Assembly (NCBI GenBank): GCA_965261735.1
Contig: OZ253470.1
Span: forward strand, 4,096,001-4,160,000
DNA length: 64,000 bases
Direction of reading: 5' to 3'
Source: Alphaproteobacteria bacterium
GTDB taxonomy: Bacteria > Pseudomonadota > Alphaproteobacteria > SHVV01
Shown here one piece after another: positions 40,418-49,566 of the stretch. The notes below the pieces were generated by a model, which was not told where the DNA came from, ran no database searches, and saw only the letters and a program-made list of their open reading frames with translations. The stretch's first letter is position 1. Every line of letters begins with the position of its first letter. Both the position numbers and the translations under genes were made by a program.

Positions 40418-40555
40418 ATGAGCGAACTTCTTCCCTATTGGCGGCGGGTTAATTGGCGCGGCGCATTCGCGCTCGGCAGTCTGCTTGTCGTTGCCGTCGC
40501 CGGCTACGTCATTACGCTTATGGCGATCAACGGCGTAACTCACGGCAGCTTCTGA
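40418..40555 (+). CDS. Small single-TM protein (45 aa)
   Basis: MSELLPYWRRVNWRG followed by a hydrophobic helix; fills the gap between two TauD genes. Confidence 0.55.
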   Translation: MSELLPYWRRVNWRGAFALGSLLVVAVAGYVITLMAINGVTHGSF

Positions 40556-40615
40556 GCGGCGGACCCACGCTGGCAAACCGGGCTAACGGCTCGTTGCACA
40601 TGCTATAGTCGACGC

Positions 40616-41479
40616 ATGAACGATGCGCCGAGTTCGACGGGCGTACACGCGCGGCTCGAAATATCGCGGCCGTGCCCGGCGCTCGGCGTCGAAGTCTCCG
40701 GCATCGACCTGTCGAAGCCGATGGATGACGGCCTGTTCGCCGAGGTGTTGCGGGCCTTCCACGACCATCTGATCCTCGTCTTTCGCGACCAGGCGCTGAC
40801 GCCTGCGGCGCAAGTCGCGTTTTCGGCGCGCTTCGGGCCGGTCGAGCCCCACCCCCTGCGAGCCAGGCGCGGCATGGCCGGCCACCCTGAGGTGCTCCGC
40901 CTCGAGAATCGACCGGGCCAGCGCGGCGCGCGCAACGACTTCTGGCACTCGGATATTTCGTTCATGCCGAATCCGCCGCTCGCATCCATCCTCCATGCGC
41001 TCGAGGTGCCGGCGGGGTACGGCGATACGATGTTCTGCAACATGTACGCCGCGTATGACGCTCTGTCGCCGGGCATGCGGCAGATGCTCAATAGCTTGAC
41101 GGCGCTCCACAGCGGCCAGGCGCTCGCGGCGCGCAACAACGATGGGGCGAGCGACGGGCTCCCGATCACCGACGTGCCGCCGTCGGAGGCGCATCCAGTG
41201 GTGCGCACGCATCCGGGTACGGGCCGCAAGGCGCTCTACATCAACCCCTACTTCGTCGAGCGCTTCACCGGCATGACGGTGGCCGAGAGCCAGCCGCTGA
41301 TCGACTATCTGACGGCCGTTGCGACTCGGCCCGAGAACGTGTTCCGGCACCGCTGGCGCACGCAAGACCTGGTGATGTGGGACAACCGCTGCGCCATGCA
41401 CTACGCCGTCCTCGATTACGGCGAGGATCACGTACGGCTCATGCAGCGCACGACCGCGGGCGGCGAGCGCCCGGCCTAG
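40616..41479 (+). CDS. TauD/TfdA Fe(II)/2-oxoglutarate dioxygenase
   Basis: WHSDISF, HPVVRTHP, WDNRCAMHYA. Confidence 0.92.
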   Translation: MNDAPSSTGVHARLEISRPCPALGVEVSGIDLSKPMDDGLFAEVLRAFHDHLILVFRDQALTPAAQVAFSARFGPVEPHPLRARRGMAGHPEVLRLENRPGQRGARNDFWHSDISFMPNPPLASILHALEVPAGYGDTMFCNMYAAYDALSPGMRQMLNSLTALHSGQALAARNNDGASDGLPITDVPPSEAHPVVRTHPGTGRKALYINPYFVERFTGMTVAESQPLIDYLTAVATRPENVFRHRWRTQDLVMWDNRCAMHYAVLDYGEDHVRLMQRTTAGGERPA

Positions 41480-41505
41480 CCGGCCGCTCCCCGAACCCAC
41501 GTCGC

Positions 41506-42660
41506 TCAGGCCGGGGCGGAGCCGCGGCCGAACCCGCGGACCTCCGTAATCAGCGCGCCGAGGCCGAACGCCAGGGCGGCGATCGTGATCAGCGTACCGA
41601 GCAGCGGAATGAACCCGATCAGGGCGAGGGCTACGAGGCCGATCACCACGAGCAGGATGCGGCCGCCCGGCGTCGCATCGCTGGTGCGCTTGAGAAGGTG
41701 CATTGCCTGCTGGCCGAGGGCCACCGCGCTGACCAGAAACCCGGTCAGGAGCGCGACGACCAGGATGGCGAGAAACACGATCGCGAGCGGAATGCCGATA
41801 ACGGTGATCATGAGAAGGACGATGGCCAGAGGCGTCGCGATCAGGAGCCCCAGGCCAAGGCCGAGCATTCCGAGCACCCGCCGCGGCTTGTCGCTCACCC
41901 GCCGCGCCGCGCCCAGGGTCACGGTCGGCAGGAGTAGGACCTGCACGGCGCCGAGCACCATCAGGCCGAGCAGGATCACGATGCTCGAACCCCCGGTCAG
42001 GGAATGGGCGGTGCCCGTCATGCGCTCGGTCATGTCCGAGCTGATGAAGGTGACGTCGCCAAGAATCTGCGCGTCCGGGTGAATCTCGGCCTCGTTGGGG
42101 CCTCGGTACATCAGATTGCCCTTGATCACGGCCGTGGGGCCGATATCGATGTCCGAGCCATGCAGCGTGGCGTCGCCGCCGATCTCGCCGGAGATTTCGA
42201 TGCGACGCCCGGCGGCATCGAGTTCCTTGGCGATGCTGCCGTCAATCTCGATGTGGGCACCTGCGAGCCAGGCTCGTCCGCCGATGCGCGAATTGGCGTT
42301 GAGTTTCACGTTCCTACCAGCTGCCATAAGGTCCCCGCCCACGCTGCCGCGCTGGTCGACATCGGCGCCGGCAACGCGCACGTCACCATCCACGCTGGCT
42401 TCAACGATCACGTCACGACCGGCGGCCAGGACATCGCCCTTGACCGATTCGCCGACGCTCACCTCGCGACCGAAGGCGACAACGTCGCCCGCGACCTCGG
42501 CATTGACGCTGACGTGCTCGCCGGCGGCGAACAGGTTGTCCTCCACGACTCCACGTTTGGTCACCGTGTTGCCGAACTCCTGTGCGGCGGCGTCCAAGCC
42601 GAGGCCTGGCACCAAGATGGTGACGCTGAGGACCGACCAAACAATGCCTCGTGCGACCAT
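41506..42660 (-). CDS. Bactofilin-like beta-helix protein with C-terminal membrane domain
   Basis: Signal peptide, repeated V.GDV.AAG units, then several TM helices including ITVIGIPLA. Confidence 0.75.
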   Translation of the reverse strand: MVARGIVWSVLSVTILVPGLGLDAAAQEFGNTVTKRGVVEDNLFAAGEHVSVNAEVAGDVVAFGREVSVGESVKGDVLAAGRDVIVEASVDGDVRVAGADVDQRGSVGGDLMAAGRNVKLNANSRIGGRAWLAGAHIEIDGSIAKELDAAGRRIEISGEIGGDATLHGSDIDIGPTAVIKGNLMYRGPNEAEIHPDAQILGDVTFISSDMTERMTGTAHSLTGGSSIVILLGLMVLGAVQVLLLPTVTLGAARRVSDKPRRVLGMLGLGLGLLIATPLAIVLLMITVIGIPLAIVFLAILVVALLTGFLVSAVALGQQAMHLLKRTSDATPGGRILLVVIGLVALALIGFIPLLGTLITIAALAFGLGALITEVRGFGRGSAPA

Positions 42661-42690
42661 TTTCGTTCCCCTTACTCCTTCGAACCGTGC

Positions 42691-43917
42691 TCAGGCGCTG
42701 TTCTGTCCACCGCCGCTGATGCGGCGGTAAATCCCCTGTGGCATCATGACGGCCTGGCTCGCCAATCTGCCGAGGTACTCGAGTCCGCGGACGAAGTAGG
42801 TGCCCGCCTGCAAACCACGCTCCTCGCGCTGAGTGGAGCGTTCGCTCTCGGCCTCCTCCAGCTTGTAGGCCAACGTGGCGACGATCCGCGCCGAGAGTTC
42901 TTCTTGGAGCGCCAAAGTGTCGGTCAGCTCGCGGTCGTAGCGCCCGCCCCATAGGTGGTAGCCGCTCGCGGTATCAACGAGTTGGGCCGTGACGCGGAGG
43001 TGATCGCCCGCGGCACGAACGCTTCCTTCGAGCCGATAGTGCGCCGGCGTTGGCTGTCGCCTGCTCGCGTCGCCCCCTGCCGGTCGCGCCGCCCGCGGCC
43101 GTAGTACGATGACCCGCATGCCCGTGTGCGCCGACAGAGCGACGATCAGGTCCTGTGTCAGTCCATCGCTGAATTCGTTCTGAGCCTCTTCATCGCCGAT
43201 AGTGCGGAAAGGGAGCACGGCGATCGTGGGTTCGGCGAGCGTCGGCGGAGAAGGCGGGCTCGTGCCGATCACCCAGGCTACGGAGAACACGACGACCAGC
43301 GCCACCCCTCGGACGATAAGCGGGCGCCAGTTGCGGCGCGGGCCCGTAGGCGCCTCGGATGCCGCATCCGACCGTTCGTCCTCGCGGCGCACCCGGTAGG
43401 TGCGCACCGGATCGGCGATGTTCTTTACGTTCCTTGCGCCGAGGTCCTCGTACGTCAGATCGAGCCTCGCCCGCACTTGGTCGAAGACCGTGCCTGAAAG
43501 ACAGATGCCCCCCGGCGCGGCCAACTCCTGGAGCCGCGCGGCGACGTTGACCCCCTCGCCGAAGAGGTTGTCGCGCTCGACCATGACGTCGCCAAGGTTG
43601 ACGCCAATGCGAAACTCCATGCGCCGTTCGGGGGGCAGGGTCGCGCTCGCGTCCGCCAGACGTTGCTGGATCTCCGTGGCACACCGCACGGCCTCCACGG
43701 CGCTGTCGAACTCGGCGACCAGGCCGTCGCCGGCGGTGCTGAAGATGCGGCCGTGATGGGTGGCGATTCGTTCGTCGATGAGGCGGCGGCTGGCGCTCAG
43801 CGCCCGAAGAGTCCCCTCCTCGTCGGCGCCCATCAGCCGACTATAGGCCGCCACATCGGCGCTTAGGATCGTCGTAAGCTTGCGTTTGACGGATTCAGTT
43901 TCGACGGCGGCCTCCAC
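42691..43917 (-). CDS. Class III adenylate/guanylate cyclase with TM and TolB-N-like domain
   Basis: RKLTTILSADVAAYS, AGDG, FRIGVNLGD, VNVAARL, IAVLPF, LEGSVR. Confidence 0.9.
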   Translation of the reverse strand: MEAAVETESVKRKLTTILSADVAAYSRLMGADEEGTLRALSASRRLIDERIATHHGRIFSTAGDGLVAEFDSAVEAVRCATEIQQRLADASATLPPERRMEFRIGVNLGDVMVERDNLFGEGVNVAARLQELAAPGGICLSGTVFDQVRARLDLTYEDLGARNVKNIADPVRTYRVRREDERSDAASEAPTGPRRNWRPLIVRGVALVVVFSVAWVIGTSPPSPPTLAEPTIAVLPFRTIGDEEAQNEFSDGLTQDLIVALSAHTGMRVIVLRPRAARPAGGDASRRQPTPAHYRLEGSVRAAGDHLRVTAQLVDTASGYHLWGGRYDRELTDTLALQEELSARIVATLAYKLEEAESERSTQREERGLQAGTYFVRGLEYLGRLASQAVMMPQGIYRRISGGGQNSA

Positions 43918-43983
43918 TTCGGGAGATCGACGCAGACTGGCGGCGAGAGTCCCTCGGTCCGCCGACCGGCACAACGGTACCCC

Positions 43984-44145
43984 TCATCCGCCGACGCCGA
44001 GCATGCACTCGACGAGGGGAATCAGGTTGCTCGATACCATGTTGCAGATGAATGCGGCCTGTTCGACCGTGAGTAGCCCTTGGTCCAGCAATTCCAGTGC
44101 CCGTTGCGCGACGGGATGGATGTCCGGTGGAATTGGGCAGTTCAT
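43984..44145 (-). CDS. Small hypothetical protein (53 aa), absent from the ORF track
   Basis: Translated by hand: MNCPIPPDIHPVAQRALELLDQGLLTVEQAAFICNMVSSNLIPLVECMLGVGG; co-oriented just upstream of the cyclase. Confidence 0.45.
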   Translation of the reverse strand: MNCPIPPDIHPVAQRALELLDQGLLTVEQAAFICNMVSSNLIPLVECMLGVGG

Positions 44146-44330
44146 ATCAAACCCCGCGATCTCGCGTCACGCGTGGGGTCGGCGCCACGATTGGCCGCCG
44201 ACCAGCGCCGACAAACTCATGCACGCCATCCCGGAATGGCTGCCCGGCTCCATTGGATGTGGGTATTCTGGTCGCGATTCAAAAGACCCGAGCGATAATG
44301 GGCCGCCGTGCGGGATCGCCGTACCGCCTT

Positions 44331-44633
44331 TTATCCGGCCTCAGGCAATGGCGTCGTCCACACCACCCCGTTTTGCTTGTAGAAGGCGCTGGCTGCTTTT
44401 TTGAATTCCGCCATCTCCTGCTTGTCGCGGTGGAACTCGAACGCGGCCCGATCCTTGTAGCTCTCGAAGAGCATGTAGTGGTTGGGGTCGGCAACATCCT
44501 GATGCACCGCGAATCCGAGGCAGCCGGGCTCCTCGGTACGTGCGCGATAGGCATGAACGCGCATGAGCTTGTCGAATTCCTCGCGGTGCGCGGGGTCGAC
44601 CTGAAGATCGACGAATACGGAAACGACGGTCAC
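44331..44633 (-). CDS. ABM/putative quinol monooxygenase (LsrG-like)
   Basis: EEPGCLGF, LFESY, AFEFH; GAGGAG RBS before GTG. Confidence 0.85.
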   Translation of the reverse strand: MTVVSVFVDLQVDPAHREEFDKLMRVHAYRARTEEPGCLGFAVHQDVADPNHYMLFESYKDRAAFEFHRDKQEMAEFKKAASAFYKQNGVVWTTPLPEAG

Positions 44634-44756
44634 GGGCAGAGCTCCTCGATAGGCGCTAGCGAGCCGGCCGGTGGCGGCCGGCTCCCGTTTCGGCAACGCC
44701 CATGATGCACGCGCTGGCGCCAAGCTTCAACCTCGGCCCCGATCGAAGGCCGAACA

Positions 44757-45768
44757 TCACGGTGCCGGCGGCGACATGATCACGAGACCCCAGGGCTGGC
44801 TGCCGACAGGGATTTTCTTGACGACGGTGAGGCGCCGAGTGTCGATGACCGCCACCTTGTTCTCGCCGATAATCGTGACGTAGGCATAGCGCCCGTCGGG
44901 CCGGAACGCGACGTTGGCCAGCGACTGGCCCACCGGTATCCGCGCTACCTCACTGAACGTGGCGCCATCGACGACGGCGACGAAGTTGTCGCCGATGTGG
45001 GTGATGTAGGCGAACCGGCCATCGGGCGTCCACGCCATCGTGACGGGCACGCCGCCGAGCTGCTGCGTGCCGCGTCGCGCCAGGGTCGCCGTCTCGAGGA
45101 CGTCGTTGGTGCCCGCGCGCGCGGTCTGTACCCACACGGTGGCGCCGTCGGGTGCGACACGGAGCATGTGCGGCTTCGAGCCCGCCGGAAAGGTGGCTCG
45201 GTGCGTGATCGTGAAGCTCTGGAGGTCGAGCGCGGCCACGGTGTCCTGATCGCGCTCCGGGAAGAACGCGACCGTGCCGTCGGGCGAAAAGTCGAGGTCG
45301 CAGGGAAAGGCACCCGTCGAAATCTCGCGCACGAGGCGCAGGGTCTCGCGGTCGACGACGGCGATGATGTTCTCGCCGGCCGCGTTGACGAACACGTGGC
45401 GCCGGTCGGGGCTCAGCATGACGCTATGTGCCGGTCCCTTGCCGATCGCGAGCCGGTGCGCGATCTGCATCCGAGCGGGATCGATGGCAATCAGCTCGAC
45501 CGTGCCGGCGACCACATCGTAGGTCCAGATAAGCTTGCCGTCCCAGAACTCCTGTTCGTTCGATAGCCAGCGCACGCTCGCCCCCAGCGGCCGCGTGGCG
45601 ACGACCTCGTGGGTCGCGGTATCGATAATGGTGACATCCTTGGACGCGGCGTTGAAGGCGTAAGCGTAGACCGGCGCGCAGGAGCGCTTGAGCGAGCGCG
45701 GGCGTGGCGCCCGCGAAGAGGCACGCGGCCATCAACAAGCCGAGCCAGGGGCGTATGGTTCTATTCAT
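44757..45768 (-). pseudogene. YncE/YVTN beta-propeller exported protein with a frameshift just after the signal peptide (about 45670-45695)
   Basis: Signal peptide MNRTIRPWLG...PALAQ in one frame; VYAYAFNAASKDVTIID and SPDG repeats in another. Confidence 0.75.
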
Positions 45769-46781
45769 GCTCCCTCCGTGGCTGTGGCGGCCCATAGCCT
45801 GTCCTCGTCCTCGACCAGGCGCAGCCCCTCGTCCTCGGTCAGGTAGCGGCGTACATTCTCGGCGCCGACGCGGGCGGCCTCGATCAGGCTGCCCGCGACG
45901 ACCGACGAGTTGTGCGGCGAGCCGATGACATTGGCGAGCTCGAGGAAGGCGTAGTTGGTGCGAAATGCCTCGCCCGCCGCGGGCTCGGTCCACCAACAGT
46001 CGATGGCGGCCCGAAAATCCGGATGGCTCGCGAGGTGGGCGTAGAGGGCGGCCTCGTCGATGATCAGCCCGCGTGCCACGTTGACGAGGATGGCGTGCGG
46101 CTCCATCCAGCCGAGCTCGCGCGCCCCGATCAGGCGATATGTCGTGCGGTTGAGGGCGAGAGCGATCACGACGACGTCGGCGCCGCGGACGACGACCTCG
46201 AGATCGTCGAGCGTCCCCATGAAGTCGACCGCTTCGCTTGTCGTGCCGTTGCGGTTGATCGCGCGAATCGTCATGCCCAGGCACCGCATGAGGCGAGCGA
46301 CGGCCTTGCCGATGCCGCCGAACCCGAGGATCGCGCACGTGCCGCCGCGAAGCGTAGCCGTGCGTTCGTGCTGGTTGAACGAGCGGCGCCTCAGGTTTTC
46401 GTGCTCCGGGATCAGCCTCTTGGCGGCCGCCAGCGCCATCGCGAGGGCGTGCTCGGCAACGGGCTCCGCAAACGCACCGGCGTTTCCGGCGAAGAGGATT
46501 CGGTCGGGCAACTCGGCCACGGGGAAATGGTCGATGCCGGCGGTCAACGCTTGTACGAGCTTAAGGCTCGTGAGGAGCGCGTATTCGTCGCCGCGCAGAT
46601 CACTCGCGAGGTCCCATGCAATCAGCACCTCCGCCGCGGCGATAGCCGCGCCTCGCGAAGCGGGCGGAACATCGGCCAAGAAGGTGACCTGGGCTAACTC
46701 GGCCAGCAAGCCGGCGTAGACCTTGCGGGTGTCCTCTTCAGCCGCGTGCGTGACCAGGACCCGCCGTTCGCCTGCGCTCAA
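45765..46781 (-). CDS. D-isomer-specific 2-hydroxyacid dehydrogenase
   Basis: VAEHAL, GFGGIG, VNVARG, SPHNS; TTG start after GAGGA. Confidence 0.88.
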   Translation of the reverse strand: MSAGERRVLVTHAAEEDTRKVYAGLLAELAQVTFLADVPPASRGAAIAAAEVLIAWDLASDLRGDEYALLTSLKLVQALTAGIDHFPVAELPDRILFAGNAGAFAEPVAEHALAMALAAAKRLIPEHENLRRRSFNQHERTATLRGGTCAILGFGGIGKAVARLMRCLGMTIRAINRNGTTSEAVDFMGTLDDLEVVVRGADVVVIALALNRTTYRLIGARELGWMEPHAILVNVARGLIIDEAALYAHLASHPDFRAAIDCWWTEPAAGEAFRTNYAFLELANVIGSPHNSSVVAGSLIEAARVGAENVRRYLTEDEGLRLVEDEDRLWAATATEGA

Positions 46782-46798
46782 TGTCCTCGGCCCCGTGA

Positions 46799-46836
46799 AA
46801 AGAAAAAAGGACCCCGCGCCAACCGTGCGGGGTCCC
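46799..46836 (-). terminator. Rho-independent terminator after the second binding-protein gene
   Basis: GGACCCCGC/GCGGGGTCC stem followed by a U-tract on the minus strand. Confidence 0.8.
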
Positions 46837-46854
46837 AGCGTTTTCGCGCAGTAG

Positions 46855-48015
46855 TTAGCTTCCGGCTTGCCAGAAGTCCTCACGGATGTTGACGATCTCG
46901 CCGTTGAGCCAAGCGACCACGATGATGCCGCTGCGGATGGCTTCGCCTGACCCTTCCCATCCGATGTTTCCGCTCACGGTCTCGATCGACTTGGTTTTCG
47001 AGAACGCCTCGCGAATCGACTCCCGCGACAGGTCCTTGGCCGAGTTCATGATCTTCGCCATTTGCAGTGCCGCGTCGGTCGAGATGGCGGACCAGGTGCT
47101 GGGGTCCTCGTCGTACCGCTTCTTGTAGGCGGCGATGATGTTCTGCACGTAGGGTTTGGGATCGGTCGGGTCCCACATGCCGACGAAGAAGGTGTTGTTG
47201 ACCGCATCACCCGCCATCTTCTTGTAGTCGGGATGGCTGGCACCGGGGCCGGCCACGATGGGCTGATTCATGCCGACATCGCGTGCCTGGCGTACCATGA
47301 TTCCCCCGTCAAAGGGCTGCTGGGCGGTGAAGATGAGGTCGACCCCAGCGGCGTTAATGCGGGTCACCTGGGCCGAGTAATCCGTCTCCTTGCCCTTCGC
47401 CGTCACCTCCACGAGCTCGATCCCGTGCTCCTTGGCGGCATTGCGCATGGCGTTGGCGCGGGCAACCATGGCCTCGTCGTCAACCGACCATACGAGCGCC
47501 GCCTTCCGGACGTTGAATTTCTTCTTCAGGAGCGGCATCAGCACCGGCATCGTCGACCAATCCTGAGGCAGCGACCGGAAGGTCCACTTGTTGAACCCCT
47601 GCTTCCAGCGGCCACCCGAGGAAAACGCGTACATCGGGACCTCGTACTTGTCGGCCAAGTCATGAACGGCTTTGACCACGGTGCCGGCGCCGACGTCGAG
47701 GATGATGGGCACGCCCGGGTCGCGGCCCAGCTTCTTGAACATGGTCACCGCGGTCGGCAGGTCGTCGTAAGGTGCGTCCGCCTTATAGAACTCCAAGGGG
47801 CGGCCGTGAATCCCGCCGGCGGCGTTGATCATATCCTGACCGGCGAGGGCGCCCTGAAACATGATCTTGCCCCAGTCGGCGGCGGCACCGCTGAAGCTCT
47901 CCATGAACGGAACGCGAATGGGATCGGCCGCCTGGGCCGGAGTTGCCAACGATCCGGCCGCGACAAGCCCTAAGGCTGCCAAAACCACCGATGTCGTGCG
48001 ACGAATCGGGTGCAT
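46855..48015 (-). CDS. LivJ/LivK-type (type 1) ABC substrate-binding protein
   Basis: Signal peptide, SFSGAAADWG, INAAGGIHGR, DYSAQVT. Confidence 0.88.
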   Translation of the reverse strand: MHPIRRTTSVVLAALGLVAAGSLATPAQAADPIRVPFMESFSGAAADWGKIMFQGALAGQDMINAAGGIHGRPLEFYKADAPYDDLPTAVTMFKKLGRDPGVPIILDVGAGTVVKAVHDLADKYEVPMYAFSSGGRWKQGFNKWTFRSLPQDWSTMPVLMPLLKKKFNVRKAALVWSVDDEAMVARANAMRNAAKEHGIELVEVTAKGKETDYSAQVTRINAAGVDLIFTAQQPFDGGIMVRQARDVGMNQPIVAGPGASHPDYKKMAGDAVNNTFFVGMWDPTDPKPYVQNIIAAYKKRYDEDPSTWSAISTDAALQMAKIMNSAKDLSRESIREAFSKTKSIETVSGNIGWEGSGEAIRSGIIVVAWLNGEIVNIREDFWQAGS

Positions 48016-48172
48016 GTTTTTCTCCTCCTCTGCGATTCGGGGCCTGTGCGGGCCTCGCATGCCGGCGACAATGCTTCGCCGCGGCACTTAACCGTCAGTC
48101 TATAGGGGAAATGGGGGCGGGGAAAACGCGAATTCCGCGGCCTTTCCGGTCGCTCGGGCCGTTACTGGCAAG

Positions 48173-48201
48173 ACCCCCCCCGCCCACGAGGGGACGGGGG
48201 T
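48173..48201 (-). terminator. GC hairpin after the first binding-protein gene
   Basis: C-run/G-run inverted repeat; weak U-tract. Confidence 0.4.
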
Positions 48202-48220
48202 TTCACGACGTGTGTGTGGC

Positions 48221-49411
48221 TTAGGAGTCCCAGAACTCGGGTGGGACGACGATGACCTTGCCGTCCTTCCAGGTCAGGATCAAGATCGACTCCCTGATCG
48301 CTTCGCCTTTGCCCTGTCCGCCGATGGCCTTGGCCCAGCCGACGTTGCCGCCCAGCGTATTGATGAACCCGGTTTTCGCGAAAGCCCGGCGAATGCCGTC
48401 GCGCGTCAGGTCCTCGGCGTTCCAGTTGATGACCCGGCCCATGGTCAGGGCGCCGTCGGTCGTGATCGCCGCCCAGGTGGTGATCTCCTCACCGTACTTT
48501 TCCTTGTAGCGGCGCTGCATTTCCTTGACCCAGGGCCTCGGGTCGAGCGGGTTGTACAGGCCGTAGAAGAAGGTGTTTTCGACCTTTCCCTGCGACATGC
48601 GCCAGTAGTCGTCGGCCGAGCCACCGGGACCGGCGAGGATCGGCTGGTTCATCCCCATCTCACGCGCCTGCTTGACCATCAGGCCGCCGTCGAAGGCCTG
48701 CTGGGCGGTGACGATGAGCTGGACGTCGGCCGCCTTGAGCCTGGTGAGCTGGGCCGAGTAGTCGGTGTCCTTGCCCTTGGCCGCGGCCTCGATGACCTCG
48801 ATCCCCTCCGCCTCGGCCGCCTTGCGCATGGCGTTGGCGCGCGCGACCATCGCCTCGTCATCGACCGACCAGATCACCCCCGCTTTCTTGATGTTGAACT
48901 TCTTCTTGAGCAACGGCACGAGAATGGGCACCGCCTCGGCCTCCTTGGGAAGCTGCCGGAAGATCCACGGGCTCCACTCGCCGGGCCAGTCGCCGCCAGA
49001 AGAAAAGGCGTAGTAGGGCACCTTGTGCTGCGTCGCCAGGTCGTGGGTGGCGAAGATGACCGTGCCCGCGCCGCCATCGAAGACGAGCGGAATGTTGGGA
49101 TTGCGCGCGAGCTTCTTGAACATGGTGACGGACGCCGGCTTGTCGTCGTAGGGCGCGTCCGCGCGATAGAACTCGAGGCAACGGCCGTGCAGGCCACCGC
49201 GATCGTTGATCATCTCGGCGCCGATCACCGCCCCCTTGAACATGAGCTCGCCCCAGTCCGCGGCGGCACCGCTAAAGCTCGTCATGTGGGGGATGCGCAC
49301 CGTCTTGCCGGCGTCGCACTCGGCTGCCTGCGCCGACGGCGTCGTCACTAGCGCGGCAGCCAGGGCAAACCCTGATGCCGCCAATACCGAGAATACTAGG
49401 CGTGCTCTCAT
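48221..49411 (-). CDS. LivJ/LivK-type ABC substrate-binding protein (paralog)
   Basis: Same motifs as the neighbour: SFSGAAADWG, DAPYDD, WSVDDEAMVARANAMR. Confidence 0.88.
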   Translation of the reverse strand: MRARLVFSVLAASGFALAAALVTTPSAQAAECDAGKTVRIPHMTSFSGAAADWGELMFKGAVIGAEMINDRGGLHGRCLEFYRADAPYDDKPASVTMFKKLARNPNIPLVFDGGAGTVIFATHDLATQHKVPYYAFSSGGDWPGEWSPWIFRQLPKEAEAVPILVPLLKKKFNIKKAGVIWSVDDEAMVARANAMRKAAEAEGIEVIEAAAKGKDTDYSAQLTRLKAADVQLIVTAQQAFDGGLMVKQAREMGMNQPILAGPGGSADDYWRMSQGKVENTFFYGLYNPLDPRPWVKEMQRRYKEKYGEEITTWAAITTDGALTMGRVINWNAEDLTRDGIRRAFAKTGFINTLGGNVGWAKAIGGQGKGEAIRESILILTWKDGKVIVVPPEFWDS

Positions 49412-49566
49412 CGAAAACCTCCCTTTGATCCCGCCCGGTTGACCCCGGGAGGGCGTATTCCAAGTCCAGGAGCTGCACCTCGCAGGTCGGAAGCCAGCGA
49501 GTCTATACGCCAACTTTCGCCTAAGGAACCGGAAAAACCGCCGGCTCCGCAGGTCCGGGAACCCCG

